IMG/VR virus record: IMGVR_UViG_2617270974_000007
Span: 1 to 4,274 of that record
From: a virus
Lineage: Duplodnaviria > Heunggongvirae > Uroviricota > Caudoviricetes
Reading direction: 5' to 3' (one strand)
DNA: 4,274 bases
Position 1 is the first letter of the stretch. Each line of letters begins with the position of its first letter. A program made the position numbers and the translations under genes. This document shows positions 1 to 4,274 of the stretch, in pieces. The notes under the pieces are model-generated. The model was given only the letters and a program-made list of their open reading frames with translations, did no database searches and had not been told where the DNA came from.

Positions 1-1386
1 GGGGTCGATGGGTGACTCACTGACCGGGCTGATTTTGTTCGCCGCTTTGGCCTCCTCGAGGATGTAGCGATAATCCACCTCCGCACCATCGGTAACGGTC
101 AGAACGCCCATTTCCACCCATTTCTGAAAGCGTTCGGCTGTCCGTCGATCTTCATTTTTCTCGACGCTGTACACCGTGTCATACGGTACCCAGAAACGCG
201 GGGCCACACTGTAGTAATGCGTTTTACCGTCAATCTCGCGGGTATAAAGTCGCGCCATGCTGTTCATATCCAGTTTACGCGCCAGGTCAAAGGCCAGAAT
301 GCACGGCTGCCCCTCGAACTGCTCAAGGGTCAGTGATTTATCCTCGCAGCTCTGCCAGCTCACCAGGTTGAAATACGCCGAACGCGCCGACACCCAGATA
401 TTGAGGTGTTTTGTTTTAAAGACGTTTGCCAGACGGGCGTTATTTTTCGCACGCTGCTGCTGACTTAACAAAAATTCGCGATAAACCGACACGCCAATAT
501 TTGGATTGGCTTTTTCCAGCACCTGCGGGTCGGTCCAGTCGTCACCTTCATCAACGGTATAGATGATCCCGAACAGTTCATCGTTAGGCACCGAGCCATT
601 GAGCATCTCGATGACTTCCCGCCGCTTGTCGTAGCACGGCCCCTCAATGTTGTACCCGGCGGTGGTGATGGCCCACATCAGTGGCTGACGTCGCGCCCCC
701 ATCCCGGTAAGCATCGTGGTATAAAGCGCATCGGTGGCGTGCTCGTGATATTCATCCACCACGGCGCAGTGGGGTGATGAACCATCACCGGGGTTACCGA
801 TCAGCGGTTCAAACCGCGCGCCATCCTCCGGACGGTTCATGTTTGAGGCGTTAACCTCAATCCCGAACGCTTCCGTCAGCATGGGTGTGCGTTTACACAT
901 CAGTCGCGCCGGGCGAAAGACTTCCCACGCCTGTTTCTCTGTCGTGGCACCGGAATACACTTCCGCGCCAAACTCGTTATCACAGGCAAAACAATACAGG
1001 GCGACACCGGCAGAGATTGCCGATTTGCCGTTCTTACGGGGGATTTCGGTATACACCTCCCGGAAGCGGCGCAGCCGGGTACCTTTATTGACCCAGCCAA
1101 ACGCACAGCAGATCACAAAGAGCTGCCACGGCTCCAGCGTGATGGGCATCCGTTTGAATGCCCACTCACCCTTGGTATGCGGCAACAGCTGAATAAATTT
1201 GGCGGCCCGTTCAGCCAGGTCCTTGTCGAAGCGGTACCGAAACGACTTACTTTTTTCCGCCATCAGGTCATCAAGATGGCGCTGGCAGGCCTGAATCACA
1301 AACTGGCAGGCCACAATCTTTCCGCGCACGACATCCCGGGCATACTGATTGGCAGCATTTACGTTGGGGTAAGATTTCCGGCTCAT
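1..1386 (-). CDS. terL: Phage terminase large subunit, N-terminal 462 codons; the C-terminal end lies beyond the window start
   Basis: Minus-strand frame is open from ATG at 1386..1384 to base 1, with no stop, which is why it is not in the ORF track. Translation starts [41 protein letters not shown]. It contains a deviant Walker A motif EIPRKNGKS (about 1021..1047) and a Walker B-like hhhhDE motif [10 protein letters not shown], as in terminase ATPase domains. The ATG overlaps the upstream gene's stop as ATGA. Plus-strand ORFs in this span are antisense shadows. Confidence 0.9.
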   Translation of the reverse strand, partial: MSRKSYPNVNAANQYARDVVRGKIVACQFVIQACQRHLDDLMAEKSKSFRYRFDKDLAERAAKFIQLLPHTKGEWAFKRMPITLEPWQLFVICCAFGWVNKGTRLRRFREVYTEIPRKNGKSAISAGVALYCFACDNEFGAEVYSGATTEKQAWEVFRPARLMCKRTPMLTEAFGIEVNASNMNRPEDGARFEPLIGNPGDGSSPHCAVVDEYHEHATDALYTTMLTGMGARRQPLMWAITTAGYNIEGPCYDKRREVIEMLNGSVPNDELFGIIYTVDEGDDWTDPQVLEKANPNIGVSVYREFLLSQQQRAKNNARLANVFKTKHLNIWVSARSAYFNLVSWQSCEDKSLTLEQFEGQPCILAFDLARKLDMNSMARLYTREIDGKTHYYSVAPRFWVPYDTVYSVEKNEDRRTAERFQKWVEMGVLTVTDGAEVDYRYILEEAKAANKISPVSESPIDP

Positions 1387-1877
1387 GATTCGATGATTTT
1401 CAGAAACGGGTTAGTGGCTTTCTTCTGTCCCGCCAGGCCAATCAGACGCTGGCGGCTGCTGGGGTCGAGTCCGAGCATTGCCCCCGTGCTGCTCATCTCG
1501 GACTCCTGTTCTTTTTTGGCGGTCAGCTCAGGATTTTTGACCATACCGCCCATTGCACCGGTGATGGTGTTGCCCTGTCTGGCAATATTTTTCACGGCAC
1601 GTCGCCAGAACTCGTAGGCCACGCACCACCGCTCAAGCACCGCGAGGTCAGTCACGCACAGCAGGCCCTGACCGCAGAGTTCTTTAGTTGTCAGTTGCCA
1701 CATGATCGTAGCGAGAGGGAGATCTTCTTCAGCGAACCACTCCGGTGGCTCAACACCTTTGATGGGCGTAAAAACAGGTTCATCTTTATTCAGGGCTCGC
1801 TTGCCGGGGTTTCCGGCCAGCGCCTTGCGCGCCGTTGGCTTGGGGCGACGCCCGGAACGCCCCGCCGTTCCAGCCAT
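1383..1877 (-). CDS. terS: Phage terminase small subunit, P27 family
   Basis: Complete minus-strand ORF. Preferred start is ATG at 1877..1875, 8 nt after an AGGAG ribosome-binding site (1890..1886); the track's GTG at 1886 sits directly against that site. Product starts [34 protein letters not shown], with the GNPGKR motif I recognise from P27-type small terminases. Stop TGA at 1385..1383 overlaps the terL start. Confidence 0.85.
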   Translation of the reverse strand: MAGTAGRSGRRPKPTARKALAGNPGKRALNKDEPVFTPIKGVEPPEWFAEEDLPLATIMWQLTTKELCGQGLLCVTDLAVLERWCVAYEFWRRAVKNIARQGNTITGAMGGMVKNPELTAKKEQESEMSSTGAMLGLDPSSRQRLIGLAGQKKATNPFLKIIES

Positions 1878-1885
1878 ATGCGGCA

Positions 1886-1890
1886 CTCCT
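1886..1890 (-). promoter_or_regulatory. Shine-Dalgarno sequence AGGAG for terS
   Basis: Minus strand reads AGGAG-TGCCGCAT-ATG, giving an 8-nt spacer to the ATG at 1877. Confidence 0.5.
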
Positions 1891-2002
1891 GGTTAAATTT
1901 CATTTTTCGCGGGTATAAAAAAACGATGGGGCGGGCAGTCCGGAAGACGTCAGGTCACAGGGATTTGACCCGCCCCTCCCCTCTGGCAGTGGGAACTGGT
2001 TC
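1891..2002. other. HNH-terS intergenic region; candidate cos packaging site with a GC-rich inverted repeat
   Basis: Noncoding gap between the HNH stop (2005..2003) and the terS ribosome-binding site. It holds an 8-bp inverted repeat GGGGCGGG (1928..1935) / CCCGCCCC (1969..1976) around a roughly 33-bp core with small palindromes TCCGGA (1939..1944) and GACGTC (1946..1951). On the minus strand it is followed by ATCGTTTTTTTAT. In HK97-like phages cos lies between the HNH gene and the small terminase gene, so the placement here is by position only. Confidence 0.35.
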
Positions 2003-2353
2003 TTACTTCAGCCGTTCACGGGCCGTCTTCGCCTTATGACACGGCCAGCACAGGCTCTGCAGATTACTGTCGGCATCAGAGCCGCCATGCGCTTTAGGGA
2101 TGATGTGATCAACGGTTTTCGCTTCACGCACCACACCGGCACGCAGACATAACTGACATAAACCTTTGTCACGTTTCAGCACACGCGCGCGGATAACGTC
2201 CCACTTCGAACCGTAGCCGCGCTGATGACGGGATTGTCCAGGTTTGTATTGCTTCCAGCCTTCGCTTTTGTGGCTTTCGCAATAACCTGACGGGTCTGTG
2301 GTTATAGAGCGGCAGCCGCGAACACGGCAGGCCTTTGGGATTCGTGGTGGCAT
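2003..2353 (-). CDS. HNH homing-type endonuclease, packaging-associated
   Basis: Complete 116-aa minus-strand ORF. It has an N-terminal Cys-rich segment (CRVRGC...C..H), an HNH core DHIIPKAHGGSDADSNLQSLCWPCH and a second zinc-binding Cys pair. Its position immediately upstream of terS/terL is characteristic of cos-type packaging modules. Confidence 0.85.
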   Translation of the reverse strand: MPPRIPKACRVRGCRSITTDPSGYCESHKSEGWKQYKPGQSRHQRGYGSKWDVIRARVLKRDKGLCQLCLRAGVVREAKTVDHIIPKAHGGSDADSNLQSLCWPCHKAKTARERLK

Positions 2354-2563
2354 GGGTGTTCCAAAATAAATAAACGCTAGCGAATTCTAGTAGCTTGAAT
2401 TGAGTGTGATGGCCAGTACTGAACTTGAATCCGATTCGGTGTCAGCTTGGTTTTAGGCGATTACGCACAATTTGTTTTCCCTCATCAGACCAGGTTTTTA
2501 ACCCATCATTATATATATACCCATCACCAAACTACGGCTTCCAGTAGGTTACTGTGTTTAGCA

Positions 2564-2593
2564 TGAGTATTTTGTGGTATAAGAAAATACTCA
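2564..2593 (+). promoter_or_regulatory. Perfect 10-bp inverted repeat TGAGTATTTT-(10 bp)-AAAATACTCA upstream of the small plus-strand ORF; candidate operator or 5' UTR hairpin
   Basis: Arms at 2564..2573 and 2584..2593 are exact reverse complements. The spacer GTGGTATAAG contains a -10-like TATAAG (2578..2583), and a weak -35-like TGTTTA (2555..2560) lies 17 bp upstream. The repeat ends 19 nt before the ATG at 2613. The promoter assignment is by eye only. Confidence 0.35.
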
Positions 2594-2612
2594 ATTCTTG
2601 GGAGAAGAAAAC

Positions 2613-2894
2613 ATGCCAAAAATTCAATTTGATGCAAAAAGTGGTGAAATGAAGGTTGAGGAAGAAATTTCCAAGATCACCATTGATGATAAAGGCTTAG
2701 TTAAAGCTGAAGAGTCTGTAGTTAATGGAAATACCGTTAAGTACTTTGAGTATGAAAATGGTAGCCATATCACTATTACCCAAAAAAACGGATCCTCTGA
2801 GATTTCATCTCATAATATCCAGACAACAATAAGCGCTGACCCTGAAAAGCCTGGTTTTGTGACTATGACTTACAGAATGGGGTCAGGTAGCTAA
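2613..2894 (+). CDS. Hypothetical small protein (93 aa) in an AT-rich moron-like cassette; function unknown
   Basis: ORF with ATG at 2613, 8 nt after a GGAG ribosome-binding site (2601..2604); the track's TTG at 2598 overlaps that site and is unlikely. Product is MPKIQFDAKSGEMKVEEEISKITIDDKGLVKAEESVVNGNTVKYFEYENGSHITITQKNGSSEISSHNIQTTISADPEKPGFVTMTYRMGSGS. It is hydrophilic, mildly acidic, with no signal peptide or transmembrane segment and no motif I recognise. GC is about one third (20 of the first 60 nt), against clearly GC-rich neighbouring phage genes. It is on the opposite strand to the phage genes and is followed by a terminator. Confidence 0.6.
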   Translation: MPKIQFDAKSGEMKVEEEISKITIDDKGLVKAEESVVNGNTVKYFEYENGSHITITQKNGSSEISSHNIQTTISADPEKPGFVTMTYRMGSGS

Positions 2895-2921
2895 CTTTCA
2901 TTTCAACAAGAGCGGAAAATC

Positions 2922-2957
2922 AAAGCGGCTCATATTGAGCTGCTTTTCATTATTTTC
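2922..2957 (+). terminator. Rho-independent terminator, possibly bidirectional
   Basis: Stem GCGGCTC (2925..2931) pairs with GAGCTGC (2937..2943), with one G-U pair and a 5-nt loop ATATT, then TTTTCATTATTTT. It starts 30 nt after the ORF stop. On the minus strand the same hairpin is followed by TTTGATTTTCC, so it could also stop transcripts coming from the lysis side. Confidence 0.6.
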
Positions 2958-3164
2958 TGCATCCACACTTTCGCAATGGCCGCGATCATGCCCTTGAGAC
3001 CATGTGTCAGGGGTATCTCGTGAATCCCTCATAACTAACCGGAAGCTGACTGGCTATCAGCCTAGAGCACCGGTGCGCTTCTTCCCGTTAACCCTCACCA
3101 GTGCGCTCTCAGCTTTTTACCTGAAACTGGCTACCAGCAACTTTGAGTATTCGGGGCAGCGTCA

Positions 3165-3434
3165 TTACTGCTGCATTGACACTACTTGCTGCGGTCTTTC
3201 CGCTTTACAGCTTAATGGCCAGCTCCTCTCTGCCTCAATTTTACGAATATCAGCTTTATCACTATTACAGGCAGCCAGAGCCGACAACAGACTCACATTC
3301 AAATCCAAGCTTCCACCGTAGGTCAATGGATCAGGAATAACCGGTTGCGGGGTTTCAGCGGTCAGGTTCGCCGGTAGTGGTATCACCGGAACTGGCACGT
3401 AAACTGTCCGCGTACCGGCGCAACCGGTCAGCAG
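3165..3434 (-). pseudogene. Rz1-like outer-membrane spanin lipoprotein, N-terminally truncated by the IS insertion
   Basis: Minus-strand frame is open from the IS junction to TAA at 3167..3165. It reads LLTGCAGTRTVYVPVPVIPLPANLTAETPQPVIPDPLTYGGS..., i.e. a lipobox LTGC followed by a proline-rich stretch, the hallmark of Rz1-type o-spanins. No signal-peptide start is left on this side of the IS. The track shows only the GTG-initiated 77-aa part (3165..3398). Confidence 0.4.
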
Positions 3435-3435
3435 C
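3355..3435 (-). pseudogene. Possible C-terminal remnant of an Rz-like inner-membrane spanin, overlapping the Rz1-like frame
   Basis: A second minus-strand frame is open from the IS junction to TGA at 3357..3355, giving AADRLRRYADSLRASSGDTTTGEPDR. An open frame ending inside the start of an Rz1-like frame fits the overlapped Rz/Rz1 gene arrangement. A 26-aa fragment is weak evidence on its own. Confidence 0.25.
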
Positions 3436-3436
3436 G

Positions 3437-4274
<838 letters not shown>

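Noticed and set aside
257-1617. Plus-strand ORFs 257..463, 839..1192, 885..1091, 1177..1617 and minus-strand ORFs 465..647, 900..1106
   Set aside because: All lie inside the long minus-strand terL frame, antisense or out of frame. The translations are low-complexity and Arg/Ser/Cys-rich, as expected for shadow ORFs of a GC-rich gene.
1884-1886. GTG at 1886 as the terS start (as in the ORF track)
   Set aside because: It sits directly against the AGGAG ribosome-binding site with no spacer. The in-frame ATG at 1877, 8 nt after that site, is the more plausible start.
1695-2039. Plus-strand ORFs 1695..2039 and 1702..1896
   Set aside because: Antisense to terS and the cos region. They have no ribosome-binding site and an Arg/Ser-rich composition typical of GC-rich antisense frames.
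2360-2520. Short motifs in the divergent intergenic region: GCTAGCGAATTCTAG, CTTGAAT twice, (TA)5 at 2510..2519
   Set aside because: They are short and low-complexity in an AT-rich region. None forms a convincing tRNA, small RNA or array, and they are best treated as ordinary AT-rich promoter-region sequence.
2598-2612. TTG at 2598 as the start of the cassette ORF
   Set aside because: The TTG overlaps the GGAG ribosome-binding site; the ATG at 2613 has proper spacing.
3090-3125. Imperfect hairpin on the minus strand as a terminator after the Rz1-like gene
   Set aside because: The stem is imperfect and no U-tract follows it on the minus strand. The hairpin at 2922..2957 is a far better terminator.
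3165-3300. A second, internal lipobox-like motif LLSALAAC in the Rz1-like frame that could mark a separate small lipoprotein starting at TTG or GTG
   Set aside because: The putative signal peptide would be only 9-13 residues with no positively charged N-region. It is more simply the C-terminal half of the Rz1-like protein.
3004-3340. Plus-strand ORFs 3004..3321 and 3143..3340
   Set aside because: Antisense to the Rz1-like frame. They have no convincing ribosome-binding site and run through the paired repeat region.

Overview
This window is the DNA-packaging end of a cos-type (HK97-like) enterobacterial prophage, with an insertion sequence at its right edge. All identifications rest on reading and translating the sequence by eye; no database search was run. 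The phage genes all read on the minus strand, so from right to left: (1) a partial IS3-family insertion sequence (3437..4274, continuing past the window) with an edge-truncated transposase OrfB; (2) directly next to the IS end, two overlapping out-of-frame ORF fragments that look like an overlapped Rz/Rz1 spanin pair cut by the IS; (3) an AT-rich island of about 600 bp (2354..2960) carrying one small plus-strand gene with its own inverted repeat, ribosome-binding site and terminator, i.e. a moron-like cassette; (4) an HNH endonuclease gene; (5) a 125-bp intergenic region with a GC-rich inverted repeat, the expected position of cos; (6) a P27-family small terminase gene; (7) the first 462 codons of the large terminase, which has no stop in the window and so is missing from the ORF track. 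The best candidate for something undescribed is the 93-aa protein in the AT-rich cassette; its function cannot be assigned from sequence. No rRNA, tRNA or CRISPR array was seen.
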